The notes under the pieces were generated by a model, which ran no database searches, was not told the origin of the DNA, and saw only the letters and a program-made list of their open reading frames with translations. Source: Octopus vulgaris (taxonomy: Eukaryota). From it: 64,000 bases of DNA. A program made the position numbers and the translations under genes. The stretch is from positions 20,088,001-20,152,000 of the forward strand of contig OX597815.1 of NCBI GenBank assembly GCA_951406725.2, given 5' to 3'. Positions 12,147 to 24,651 of the stretch are shown here, in pieces (the stretch's first letter is position 1; each line of letters starts with the position of its first letter).

Positions 12147-13508
12147 CATGAAAAATGCTGATTTCTAACATTGGCACACGGTTAAAAATTTTAGGGGAGG
12201 GTATAATCGAATTATAGCAAACCCAGTACTTGACTGGCATTTATTTTATCGACCCTTGAAGGAATGAACTGAGAACAAAAGATCAGTAATTAAATTCTGT
12301 AGATAGACCTAAGGGACAGTAACGAAAGAATTTTGTCCATCACACTAGAGATCCTGACAATTCCCCGCCTTTTCCAATACTAAATATTATCAACTGATAT
12401 TCCCTTTCCATAGGGACTCCCTGATAGTAGAATGCAATTTGAGAGATATGTTTTATGTAGGCCAAATTATCACGTAAAGCTCCCTCGTGCATTCATCCAG
12501 GTAAAATACCCAGCCTATCAGCGATATCCATGAGGAGAATCAGCACATTGTCTTCAGGTCAGCCTTGATATTAAAAGGCCTGTCTTTAGTAGAGCCCATT
12601 ACGACCAGTTCTCCGGTCAGCTCAGCTCACCGTTTATATGATATCTTCTCGGATATCTTAAAAAGCCATTCCGCCCCTGACTGAGTTATACCTGTTTTAA
12701 TCTGTTCGTACTTTTCTGTCACATTTGCTCCACTACACTTGATATCTGGTCCATGTAGACCTCTAGAAAAGACTCTTCCAGCAACCAAAACCAGGTGATT
12801 TCCTACGCAATAAACAGAGGATAGTTGTGAAAAATAGTTAAGATAAGTTTTTTAGAAAAAATTTTAGGGAAATGTGATTCAGTGAGTGCAGAGAGTGGCT
12901 GAAACGAGGTGTTCTGAGTTTGGCGAGTAGATCAGACATACGTGCTCGGGGTGAGTCGATTAGTATAGTTGCTTATAACAATTAACAAGACTGACTAATT
13001 CTAAACATGTATCCTCACTTCCAGTGTCCATCACTCAGGATGCTTACGTCATCTCTACTCTCCTACATTCAAAACATGTTTCTTTCTCTCCTACACTTAC
13101 AACATTATGAACACTTGTCTCATCTCCACACTCCACATTCAGAATAACTGTCTCTTACCGCATTCATAATACCATTCTCAGACTATCTACGTGTTCTTTT
13201 AAACACTGAACTTAATGATTTCCATTGAATGCCATTCTAAATAACTTTACCATACTTTATGCGTTCTCATACTAGGATTCGAAACTCTGACTAACTGAGG
13301 AAAGATAGAAATGCAAATACGGTAAGACAAACAGAAGACCATGGACTAGCTTCTCAACTTGCTAGAAATAGCACCCAGATTTCTTTCAAATCGTATTCTA
13401 CTGTCATAAAAAGAGTGTGTAGAATAATGTAGTTCGGGTCACGATCGGAAACAAAGACGGGCAGATCATGGACAGAAAACGTTTGATTATAAAGGCTAGT
13501 CAATCAAA

Positions 13509-13671
13509 AGTGGCTGTGTGGTAAGTAGCTTGCTAACCAACCACATGGTTCCGGGTTCAGTCCCACTGCGTGGCATCTTGGGCAAGTGTCTTCTACTATA
13601 GCCCCGGGCCGACCAATGCCTTGTGAGTGGATTTGGTAGACGGAAACTGAAAGAAGCCTGTCGTATATATG

Positions 13672-13745
<74 letters not shown>

Positions 13746-13945
13746 TGTTTGTCCCCCTAGCATTGCTTGACAACCGATGCTGGTGTGTTTACGTCCCCGT
13801 CACTTAGCGGTTCGGCAAAAGAGACCGATAGAATAAGTACTGGGCTTACAAAGAATAAGTCCCGGAGTCGATTTGCTCGACTAATGGCGGTGCTCCAGCA
13901 TGGCCGCAGTCAAATGACTGAAACAAGTAAAAGAGTAAAAGAGTA
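13509..13945 (+). mobile_element. SINE family B
   Basis: agtggctgtgtggtaagtagc...ggttcagtccc...(TA)(TG)n...gcatggccgcagtcaaatgactgaaacaagtaaaagagtaaaagag. Confidence 0.9.
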
Positions 13946-14478
13946 AACTGGTACTTATTTTATTGGCTCCGAAAAGATGAAAAGCAAAGTCGACCTCGGT
14001 AGGTCTTCAACTTTAATAGTGGTTTCAAATTTTGGCACAAGGCCACCAATTTCAGGGAGTGGGGGTGGGGGTAAATCGACCACCTCGATCTCAGGATTCA
14101 ACTGTAACTTATTTTATCGACCACGGATGGATGAAAGGTAAAGTCGACCTCAGCGGATCTTCAACTTTAGTAGGGACTGCTGACCCTTGCTGATACAGAC
14201 CATCACCAGTTTTCTCGGATTCCAGGTGTCAGCTTAATGGTTTCGATCCCTTATTCTATCATAGCAACAGAAGTGGTCTCAGTTTTCTCGTCAGTCTTCT
14301 CATCGCTCATTCCTTTTACATTCCAATATGTTCTACCTTTTCAGTTCAGCAGTCATTGTACCAAAAGATTATTTATAATTAAGTGTGTGTATATGTGTAT
14401 GTGCGTGTGTTTGCTTTTGTAGGGAAGAAGTACGATAGATTAAAACGACTCTTAGTACAATAGAGATGCATTATATAT

Positions 14479-14710
14479 ATTTCTTTATTGCCCACAAGGG
14501 GCTAAACACAGTGGGGACAAACAAAGACAGACAAAGGGATTAAGTCGATTACATCGATCCCAGTGCGTAACTGGTACTTAATTTATCGACCCCCAAAGGA
14601 TGAAAGGCAAAGTCGACCTCGGGGGAATTTGAACTCACAACGTAACAGCAGACGAAATACGGCTACGCATTTCGCCCGGCGTGCTAACCTTTCTGCCAGC
14701 TCGCCGCCTT
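14479..14710 (-). mobile_element. SINE family A monomer flanked by an about 115-bp direct repeat
   Basis: Full head to gaaata 3' end. 14358-14478 is repeated imperfectly at 14714-14821. Confidence 0.9.
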
Positions 14711-15763
14711 ATAGTACCAAACGATTATTTATAATTGTGTGTATGTGTGTGTGTTTGTCTTTATAGGGAAGAAATACGATAGATTAAAACGACTCTTAGT
14801 ATAATAGAAATGCATTATATAGTAGTGATACTTATCCTACTGAACTGGGAGGCAAAGTATACTTAGATTTGAATGTAGAAGTTAACGTCCGTAAATAAAC
14901 ATTACTGGTCGGTTTTGATTAAGCAGGCATATGACCAAAGGTATTCCAACTCTGACCATCCCACCTTATTTGCATATTTAGGTATACCGAGCACGCTGTA
15001 CGGCCTGTTTATTCGTGTGTTTACGCGTATGTGTTTGTAGCTCTGTCTTTATTTTTTTGTAGCCCATTGAGTCTATTCCTTTTTCAAGACAGTTGGTGTG
15101 ATTACAGGGAGTTCCGCTAATATTTCTACTGAGTCAGGTGACCACATTAAGGTTTCCTTATGGGTATTAATCTCCGGTGTTCCATCATTTCCCTGTTATA
15201 TATCTATAATTACATAATGCAAGATGCACTTTTATGTTCTGAACCAGTAAGGGGTTTGTTTGAACGACAGTTAGTTGTTATTTCTAGCAGATAAAATAAT
15301 ACTGTAACTCTCTTACTAACTTGTGATATAACAAAACTTTTTGATGTAGGTATGTCAAAGGTCGGATACACTGAGTCAGTGAGTGAGAGGGCTACCAATA
15401 TTCCAGAATATTACAGATACTTTTAAATGCTGATCAAACATATGCGGCTGATATCAAACTTGAACACCATCGAGTTAATGATTACAGGAAAACCATTACC
15501 ACGTGAGCACAATAAGTGAATAGAAATCTAGTTGGAATACATACAACAGCAAGAACTTCAATAAATCCACTCAAAGAACTGGAATTTGTATTTAATGGCC
15601 CAGTGTGTTAGGCTGCACAGCATGGTCACTACTTTGTGAAGAAAAAATACAGGACATTTTTCTACGCCAATGGTGTGTCTATATATATATTACGAACATA
15701 TATCGAAACAGATATTGAGGTATAGACTCAGCTATTCTACGGCACATATTCTAAACTTCTAAT

Positions 15764-16146
15764 GTGGAGGCGCAATGGCCCAGTGGTTAGGGCACCGGAC
15801 TCGCGGTCATAGGATCGCAGTTTCGATTCCCAGACCGGGCGTTGTGAGTGTTTATTGAGCGAAAACACCTAAAAGCTCCACGAGGCTCCGACAGGGATGG
15901 TGGTGACCCCTGCTGTACTCTTTCACCACAACTTTCTCTCACTCTTACTTCCTGTTTCTGTTGTACCTGCATTTCAAAGGGCCGGCCTTGTCTCTCTCTG
16001 TGTCACGCTGAATATCCCCGAGAACTACGTTAAGAGTACACGTGTCTGTGGAGTGCTCAGCCACTTACACGTTAATTTCACGAGCAGGCTGTTCCGTTGA
16101 TTCGGATCAACCGGAACCCTCGTCGTCGTAACCGACGGAGTGCTTC
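15764..16146 (+). mobile_element. SINE family C (tRNA-Arg-like head), full length
   Basis: ggaggcgcaatggcccagtggttagggc.ccggactcgcggtc...tcgattccc head with TCG at the anticodon position. TSD aaacttctaat. Near-identical to 62295-62679. Confidence 0.9.
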
Positions 16147-16646
16147 TAAAACTTCTAATATTTCTAACACACTACCAACCTCGAAATACCCGAATATTTA
16201 AGATTTTTCCTTAACTTTTATCTTTGACCCATGAACAGTTCATGTTGCGCAGTGTTTTTACAACCAAAGTGTTAGAAATTTCAAGACAACTTCAACTAAG
16301 TTATAGATTCTAAAGCCATAGGTTCATATGGTTTATAGGTTCATCTATCATTATGTTGGAATTCAGATGAAATTTTTCCATGACTTTTATGTTGTATTTT
16401 ATTTCCACTTTATAACAGAAATGAGTTGTCTTTCATGATTAATCTATAAATATAACTGTTGTTTTGCAGAAACGTTCAAAACATAAGATCTCACATTGTC
16501 ATTTAACAAATTTGAATTAAAGCCAACTTTTAATATTTGGCTAATACTAATCTGATAAGAAGTAAAAGAAAGGATTGACTTGCATCTAGTTGAATCTTAA
16601 AAAAGAGCAAATATTATATTTACGAATTTGCATTTTCTATATATTC

Positions 16647-16731
<85 letters not shown>

Positions 16732-16757
16732 CGTGTATGTATGTATTTATGTTTATA

Positions 16758-16992
16758 CTGTTCTGTCTGGGGAGAATCATTTTCTTTTTGTGCCTTATAA
16801 TTCAACACACTCACCTGTAAAATTTCCACTTATTTCTTATTTTTATTTTCCTAAAATTTTCGTTGCGTCTTGCAACTTTTTCAAAATAATGAATTTTAGG
16901 AAAATAAAAATAAGAAATAAGTGGAAATTTTACCGGTGAATGTGTTAAATTATAAGGCACAAAAAGAAAATGACTCTCCCCAGACACAACAG
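16758..16992. repeat. Near-perfect fold-back (about 100 bp arms, about 33 bp spacer)
   Basis: 16758-16858 is the reverse complement of 16892-16992. A single arm recurs at about 49511-49595, so the arm is an interspersed repeat. Confidence 0.9.
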
Positions 16993-17067
16993 AATTTGCT
17001 TTCACACACGAACTCATATAAAGAATCTTACAAACCAAATCCAAAAAGGAAATTTATGTATATATAC

Positions 17068-17127
<60 letters not shown>

Positions 17128-17140
17128 GCACACACACACG

Positions 17141-17172
<32 letters not shown>

Positions 17173-17176
<4 letters not shown>

Positions 17177-17460
17177 CAGTTTAGCCCGGCGTTGCCCGGG
17201 ATTAAGTTAGGATTATTAAGCTAACCAAGCGCTTTGTTTCAAACTAAACTAAGTTACACCGACGTCATATTTGAACGAAATCCATTGAAATTGGTAAACG
17301 TTTGGCTGAGAATGGGTTGCAGACAATTTGATTGGGAAATCCCATAAGGAATCGGTTTATCGATTTTTCCACTCATCGATTGTTTTTGTTTTTTTTTGTT
17401 TTTTTGTTTTTTGACGACTTAAAGCATTCAAAGTCCTAAGCAACGCCAGCATAAAGTTTA
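17173..17460 (-). mobile_element. 3' end of a non-autonomous Helitron (left end defined, right extent uncertain)
   Basis: Minus strand cccgggcaacgccggg hairpin followed by ctaaactgCTAA|T. Same 3' signature as 49898-49925. Confidence 0.6.
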
Positions 17461-17584
17461 AACAAAAAGTTCAACACACACAAATATGTAATCACACACG
17501 CACACAAACACACACGTGAAGTGTGTTTGCTGAAAAGTTCCAAGTGTTAGGTAAAAGAAAATATACGAGAATCAGTTAATTATG

Positions 17585-17634
<50 letters not shown>

Positions 17635-17636
<2 letters not shown>

Positions 17637-18499
17637 GGAACAAAAAGCAGTAGGAGACAGTAAAACATCCAGACAGATAGACAATACAAAGGTGGACTGG
17701 TATATTCATATATACATATAGTGGCGTGCGTACTCTTTTGCTCACCTTGCAAGTAAGTATGTATCTAAATTTTGTACGATTCTTTTACTCTGTCTTTTCT
17801 TCCCCCCTCATACTTTCTTCCTCTTTCCTTTTTCTCGATACCCCTCTCTCACATTTTTGGCTCTCTCTTTGTTTAATTTCTACTTTTCCTCCTCGTTTAT
17901 CTCCCTTGTACCTTTTCCTCTGTCCCTTTGATATTTTTTCTCTCTTTTCCCGTTTTCCCCTAATCCTTCAGTCTCTCTGCCCCCACCCCTCTCTCATTCT
18001 ACGTGACCGATATTCGGCAAGCAATGATCTTTCTTTCTTGGCTTGACTGCCGACCGCTTACATCACTTATGTCCATCTCCTAAATTCCTGCCTCAAGGCT
18101 TTCACTCTATACACGCCAGCTCAAATTGATTAGTCCTCATTAGTTGAAAGACACCTGTTGTTATACTCTTATTGCTTGTATTTGTAATTGGGTAACATGT
18201 TCTCCGTTTCTCATCTTTGTTGTCGTACACATTCGCTTGCTTTCTCACAAAGAATCTAATGCTCTTAGCTTAGACTTTTGTAGGGAAACTAGATTTGAAC
18301 AGTCTGAAGTGGTATTGCCCGAAACTGTAAGGACAATCTGGAAACTTGACTGATTTAAGAAGGCCACGAATGACTCGTCCTTTTTTTCCTGTCCGCTTTT
18401 GTATCGTCTATCTGTCCGGATGTTTTATTGTCCTCTATTGCGTTTTTGTCCCATTTTTATATTTATATATACATTTAGTAGTGTACTATACTTTTGCTC

Positions 18500-18504
<5 letters not shown>
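17635..18504 (+). mobile_element. Non-coding interspersed element in (TA)n with pseudo-LTR-like geometry (inverted 5' piece plus partial tandem)
   Basis: 17635-17695 is inverted relative to about 18395-18453. 17709-17748 is directly repeated at about 18466-18504. A diverged second copy lies on the minus strand at 63585-64000. Confidence 0.6.
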
Positions 18505-18544
<40 letters not shown>

Positions 18545-18546
<2 letters not shown>

Positions 18547-19222
18547 CAATGATAAATATCAAAGTGAGTTATATACAGTAGCGGTAACACATCGTGACGT
18601 ATTTTTGCCATTTCAATATGGCTAACCCCTAAGGGTGGATGCTACTGTAGTTTTTAGCCCCAGGAGGACACACTCCTCCAGCTGGCCATAGACACACTTT
18701 CTGTGTCCTGTCAGTATTTGCAAAGGGAAGTCATCCTTCCCGTCTTCAACTTATGATACACACGGACTCGAGATGCTACTGTAGTTTTTAGCCCTCCTGG
18801 GGCTAAAAACTACAGTAGCATCCACCCTTAGGGGTTAGCCATATTGAAATGGCAAAAATACGTCACGATGTGTTACCGCTACTGTATATAACTCACTTTG
18901 ATATTTATCATTGTTTGATTTCACTTTTTCAATATCAGCGACAGTGGACGCTGGAAAAAGTATAAGTATTTGTGAAGGAAATCTAATTCTCGGCGACAAC
19001 TATGATTGTCACACGCTGACGAGAGGTCAATACCTCGAAACTCGAGTCTGTGTGTATCATAAGTTGAAGACGGGAAGGATGACTTCCCTTTGCAAATACT
19101 GACAGGACACAGAAAGTGTGTCTATGGCCAGCTGGAGTAGTGTGTCCTCCTGGGGCTAAAAACTACAGTAGCATCCACCCTTAGGGGTTAGCCATATTGA
19201 AATGGCAAAAATACGTCACGAT
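18545..19222 (+). mobile_element. Hammerhead-containing non-coding retroelement (retrozyme-like / non-autonomous Penelope-like): 353-bp unit in partial tandem plus inverted arm
   Basis: 76-bp direct repeat at 18794 and 19147 (period 353). 18545-18772 is an inverted copy. (TA)n on both sides. Hammerhead at 19010-19054. Confidence 0.8.
19010..19054 (+). ncRNA. Minimal type I hammerhead ribozyme, canonical core
   Basis: CACACG CTGACGA GAGGT-CAAT-ACCTC GAA ACTCGAGT C TGTGTG: helix I 6 bp, helix II 5 bp, palindromic helix III, GUC cleavage triplet. Confidence 0.9.
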
Positions 19223-19333
19223 ATATATATATATAACGGGAAGCTTTATGAAAATAGACAAAAGACGAAGGCAGGTGGAAAACAAACAAACAATTGTATT
19301 AGTATGGCGCTCAGGAAATATAAATAAAACAAG

Positions 19334-19371
19334 TCTTTAACGTTTCGAGCCTACGCTCTTCAACAGAAAGA
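19334..19371 (-). ncRNA. Hammerhead-like fold with variant core CUGUUGA in the 3' pseudo-LTR
   Basis: TCTTT CTGTTGA A GAGC-GTAG-GCTC GAA ACGT T AAAGA. Confidence 0.7.
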
Positions 19372-20205
19372 TACACAGAGAGAAAAAAAACACAGAAAGA
19401 AGGAGAGAAAAAAATGCGTGCAGTAACTAACGAATCAACATGGCGATCTGATTTCGGCCAGAGGTCAAAGATCAAACATGAGACGCGAGAGCGAAATAAG
19501 GGGAGATAATAGGGTTGATAATAGGGTTGAATGACCAGCTATTAGTGCGTAGGAGGGGTCTGGACGTGTGTATGTATAGGGTTGGTGTATGTATTAGTAT
19601 GTATAAGGGTGTGTGTGTGTGTGTGTGTATGAGAGAGTATTAGTGCGTAGGATAGGTCTGGACGTGCGTATGTATGGGGTTGGTGTATGTATTAGTATGT
19701 ATTAGTACGTATTAGTATGTATAAGTGTGTGTGTGTGTATGAGAGAGTATAAGTGCGTATGAGGGGTCTGGACGTGTGTATGTATAGGGTTGGTGTATGT
19801 ATTAGTATGTATTAGTATGTATTAGTACGTATTAGTATGTATTAGTTGGTGTATGTATTAGTATGGCACATCATATATGATGTGATGTGTAAAGTCGTGT
19901 GGTGTGGTGAGGAGAAGAGGGGAAGGGGGAAGAGGGGGAAGGGGAGGGGAAGAATAGGGGGAGGAGAGGGGGGAAGAGGAGAGGGGGAAGAGGAGAGGGG
20001 GGGAGAAGGGAGGGAGGAAGGAGGGGGGAGGAAGGAGGAAAGAGGGAGAGGGGGAGAGAGAAGGGGAGTGAGGGAGCAGAGGGAAGGGGAAGAGGGAATG
20101 AGGGAGGGTGAATGAAGGAAGAAGGGAAGGGGAGTAGGGGTGAAAGGATGAAGGACTGAAGAAGTAGGGGTCGGGGGGAAGGATAGATGAGGAGGGGAGA
20201 GGGGG

Positions 20206-23107
20206 TTAGATGAGGAGGGGGGCGAGTTGAGACCAAATGGCGTATAAGAGCGAAGAGAGAAGATTAATTCCTGTTCACGGCGCAAACGGGAATCCGGATG
20301 GCCTCTGTGTAAGGACAAACCGAACACAGATAGGTGTTGCAAGGAGTGACCGGTGGAGCGGAAATGGCGTGAGACCGGTGTGTCGTTCGCAAGGTGGATG
20401 TCACGAAGGTGTTCCGCGAACCGGTCAGCCAAGCGGCGTCCCGTTTGTCCGATGTACAAGGAATTGCAGAGAGAGCAAGAGACGCAATAGATAATATTGC
20501 TGGAGGTGCAGGTGAAGGAGTGGATGATGGGATAGGGTCGATGGTGGGTGCTAGTGAGGCGGGTGGTGTTGGAGAGGTAAGGGCAAGTGCGGCAACGTGG
20601 GCGGGAGCAGGGGAACGAGCCGGGTTGGGAGGTAGGGTCAGGGAAGGAGCTATGGACCAAAAGGTCTCGAAGGTTGTGGGCTCGTTTGAAAGAGGGGAGG
20701 GGTCGGTTAGGGAAGAGGTGTGAAGTGGACGGGTCGGACTGGAGATGACGGAAAGCTCGAAGAATGGTGCGTTGGAGACGTAGGGTCGTGGGGTGGTAAG
20801 TGAGGGGAAAAGGGAGGCGGGAGACTACAGGGCGGGTTCGAGGAGAGAGAGCAGATACACGGTCCACGGACCGTGCTCTGGCAAGGGCGGTGTGGATAGT
20901 GGTGAGGGGTTATCCACGTAGGGTGAAGTGGTGAGCCATGCGTTGAGACTGAGTCTCAAAGTCATGGTCGTCACTACAGAGCCTACGTAGACGGAGGAAT
21001 TGGGAATAGGGGATGGAAAGCTTGGTGTGTTCTTGGTGGGAGGAAGAGAAGTTGAGGTATGAGTGTGAGTCTGTGTGTTTGTAGTGAATGGAGGTGGTAA
21101 GAGTGGAGTGAAGAATGCTAACCGAAATGTCGAGGAAGGAGACAGAGGTGTTGGAGATAGTGGAAGTGAAGTGGAGGGCTGGATGGAAAGATTGGACGAA
21201 AGAGAGGAAGGAATCTAGATGTTCACGGGAGAGTGAGGTGGCACCAATAATGTCGTCAATGTAACGACCATATAGTTCAGGAGTGGGACCAGTGAAATTA
21301 GAGAATATTTGGGCCTCAACATAGCCAACGAACAGGTTCGCATAGTTGGGGCCCATTCGCGTTCCCATGGCCACTCCCGAGACCTGATGGTAGAACTCGC
21401 CCGCGAACGAGAAGCAGTTCAGAGTAAGGACAAGTTCGGCCAGACGAATGAGTGTGGAGGTGTCAGGTACAGGGTTAGAGCGGAGGTCAAGAAAGTGTCG
21501 AAGGGCCTGCAGTCCTTCGTGGTGAGGGATAACAGTATAGAGGCTTTGGATGTCCATAGTAAAAAGGATTTTGGAGGAGCCGGGAGGAAAGGAGAAAGAG
21601 TTGAAAAGCCGGAGAGCATGGTTGGTATCGTGGATGTGGGAGGGAAGAGATGCCACTAGGGGGGCAAGGACACGGTCGAGGTATTTAGAGGTGAGCTCCG
21701 TGGGGCAGTTACAGGCGGAGACGGTGGGGCGGCCAGGGTTGTTGGGTTTGTGGATTTTGGGGAGGAAGTAAATGGTGGGGGTACGTGGGGTTCGCACAAT
21801 TAGGTTGGATGCGGTGCGGGGGAGACGGGAGGACGAGATGAGGTCGCGGACAGTAGAGGATACCGTCTGTTGGTAGCTACGTGTGGGGTTAGAGGGCAGA
21901 GGGGAATAGAAGGAGGTGTCATTGAGTTGGCGGAAAGCCTCGGCCCTATAGAGGTCGGCGCGCCACACCACTACAGCTCCACCCTTGTCAGCCGGTTTGA
22001 TGATAATGTCAGCGCGCCGTTGGAGGGAACGAAGAGCCAAGAGCTCAGCCGGGGAGATGTTGAGGCGGCGTTGGCGCCTGGAGAAGTTGAACCGCTCCAA
22101 TGCACGCTGACAAGCGCCCGCGAAAAGATCCACTGCTAGGATCTGGCCAGGGGCAGGCGTCCACGGGGATGGTCGGCGGCCCAGGCCAGTGAAGCAGTCC
22201 ACTTCGTTGGGTGTGGGTGGCGAGTCGTGGTAATGCGCACCCAACCGGACACGGCGCACAAAGGTGTGGACATCAACTCGCGTCTGGAATTCCTTACAGG
22301 ATGGAGTGAGGGGGATGAAACGCAGACCCCTACCAAGGACGGAGCGTTCAGCCGCAGAGAGGGGAAGATCGGGGGAATGGTAACAACAGACGGAAGTGGA
22401 GAAGGGGTGGGGGGAATAGAAGTAGGAGGGGTGGTAGGTCTCGTGGAGGTCTGAGGGGGAGGGATTGGGGAGGTGTGTGGGGGTGGTTGTGGGGGCAGTA
22501 GGGTTAGGTGTAGGTGGATGGAGCCTATCGGGAGGGGAGAAGGGGTTGTAGGGAGGGGCAGTGGGGTTAGGTGTGGGTGGATGGAGCCTATCGGGAGGGG
22601 AGAAGGGTGGTGGAGGAGTTGGGGTAGTGGCGTCGGGTAGGGTGCAATGGAAGAGTGATTGGAGTTTACGAAGTTTGGTATCAGAAAGAAATTGATGGAA
22701 GAGTTGATTCAAATAGATAATGAAGCGTAGCGTGTTTGGAGCATAGAGAGGCGGCAGAGAGGAGAAGAAGGTGGAGAAAGCAGGAGGAAGAAGGCGGTTG
22801 ATGGCATGTAGTTTGGAGAGATTGGAGCGAATGGTGGCCCGCATAAGGCGGTAAGATGTGGTGCGGAGTATGGGTAAGATGGAAGAATCCGAGTGGAGAG
22901 CAGGGTGGAAGTGGAGGCGGAAACCTTTAGGGATGAGTCGGTGATGTAGGCAGCGGCTTAGGAAAGAGACATGGCTAGAGATCGGGTTTTTTTAAAAAGA
23001 AGTAGAGAGAGATTAACGGACGGCTGAAGGCAATATACAGGAAGCGAACGGAGATGATCCTTCAAACGGTGATGGAGGGTGAGGAGGTAGGACCTAGGAT
23101 CCGGCAT
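20206..23107 (-). pseudogene. Penelope-like ORF: N-terminal domain, reverse transcriptase, Cys-rich linker, GIY-YIG endonuclease (interrupted)
   Basis: HVSFLSRCLHHRLIPKGF, IKPADKGGAVVV, YFLPKIHK..PGRP, MDIQSLYTVIPH, GVAMGTRMGPNYANLF, RYIDD, FLD, CSRPRCRTC, NIIYCVSCSLCNSLYIGQTGRRLADRFAEH, REQELI..L....PFGLN. ORFs 20910-22844 and 19842-20867 are in frame across one TAA (RG* for RGY). Frameshift near the 22987-22998 homopolymers. End coordinate is inferred. Confidence 0.93.
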
Positions 23108-23827
23108 GATGGGATAGCGGAAAAAAAACATTCGAAAAAACAAAAAAAACAAAAAACAAAAAATTATCGTATGAAAAAAATAGAAAAAAAGGATAGCGAA
23201 AAAAGGGGAAAAAACAAACGTTCAAAAAAACAAAAAAATAATAATCGTATGAAAAAACTAGATAAGTAAGCGATAGGGGCAAAAAGACGGGGCAAACGGA
23301 AAAGGGAAAGAAAGAAGGGAAGCAGAGAGAGGGGGAGGCAAAAAAAGGGGGTGCAGGCAGAGGAAACAGAGTATGGACATCCAGAGAGGGAAGAAAGACG
23401 GAAAGGAGAACAAAAATGCAGGAAAATGTGGAAAGCATGAAATGAATGTAAAAAAAGTGGTAATATATGAGAAAATAAAAATACAACAAACGGGACAGTT
23501 TATGCGAACAAGTTCAAGGTTGAAAGTTCAAGGTGAGAAATGTGTAGACGTCGTGGTATATTTTTTAAGGACTTCACATCAATGCAAAGTCACTTTGATC
23601 CGCGAAAGAGAGGTGCAGCCAATGGTAAGTATCCAAGAGGTAAAGAAAATCCAAGGTAGAGGTAAGTGTTGATAGTGGTATTGGTAGAATATAGGATGAA
23701 AGTGAGACCACGTGAGCGCATAATATATAACGGGAAGCTTTATGAAAATAGACAAAAGACGAAGGCAGGTGGAAAACAAACAAACAATTGTATTAGTATG
23801 GCGCTCAGGAAATATAAATAAAACAAG

Positions 23828-23865
23828 TCTTTAACGTTTCGAGCCTACGCTCTTCAACAGAAAGA
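23828..23865 (-). ncRNA. Hammerhead-like fold with variant core CUGUUGA in the 5' pseudo-LTR
   Basis: Identical to 19334-19371. Confidence 0.7.
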
Positions 23866-24651
23866 TAGACAGAGAGAAAAAAAACACAGAAAGAAGGAGA
23901 GAAAAAAATGCGTGCAGTAACTAACGAATCAACATGGCGATCTGATTTCGGCCAGAGGTCAAAGATCAAACATGAGACGCGAGAGCGAAATAAGGGGAGA
24001 TAATAGGGTTGATAATAGGGTTGAATGACCAGCTATTAGTGCGTAGGAGGGGTCTGGATGTGTGTATGTATAGGGTTGGTGTATGTATTAGTATGTATAA
24101 GGGTGTGTGTGTGTGTGTGTGTGTATGAGAGAGTATTAGTGCGTAGGATAGGTCTGGACGTGCGTATGTATGGGGTTGGTGTATGTATTAGTATGTATTA
24201 GTACGTATTAGTATGTATAAGTGTGTGTGTGTGTGTATGAGAGAGTATAAGTGCGTATGAGGGGTCTGGACGTGTGTATGTATAGGGTTGGTGTATGTAT
24301 TAGTATGTATTAGTATGTATTAGTACGTATTAGTATGTATTAGTTGGTGTATGTATTAGTATGGCACATCATATATGATGTGATGTGTAAAGTCGTGTGG
24401 TGTGGTGAGGAGAAGAGGGGGAGGGGAAGAGGGGGAAGGGGAGGGGAAGGAGAGGGGAGGAGAGGGGGAAGAGGAGAGGAGGGGGAGAGAGGGGGGAGAA
24501 GGAAGGGCAGGAAGGAGGGGGAGGAAGGAGGAAAGAGGGAGAGGGGGAGAGAGAAGGGGAGTGAGGGAGCAGAGGGAAGGGGAAGAGGGAAGGAGGGAGG
24601 GAGAAAGAGGGAAGAAGGGAAGGGGAGTAGGGGTGAAAGGATGAAGGACTG

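Noticed and set aside
15764-15840. tRNA-Arg gene
   Set aside because: tRNA-like head continues into a multi-copy SINE body with a TSD. No proper acceptor stem or Pol III terminator.
18300-18352. ctgaagt...cgaaactgta as a hammerhead in the 17635-18504 element
   Set aside because: Core is not conserved in the second copy (ctcaagt near 63680) and helix I does not pair.
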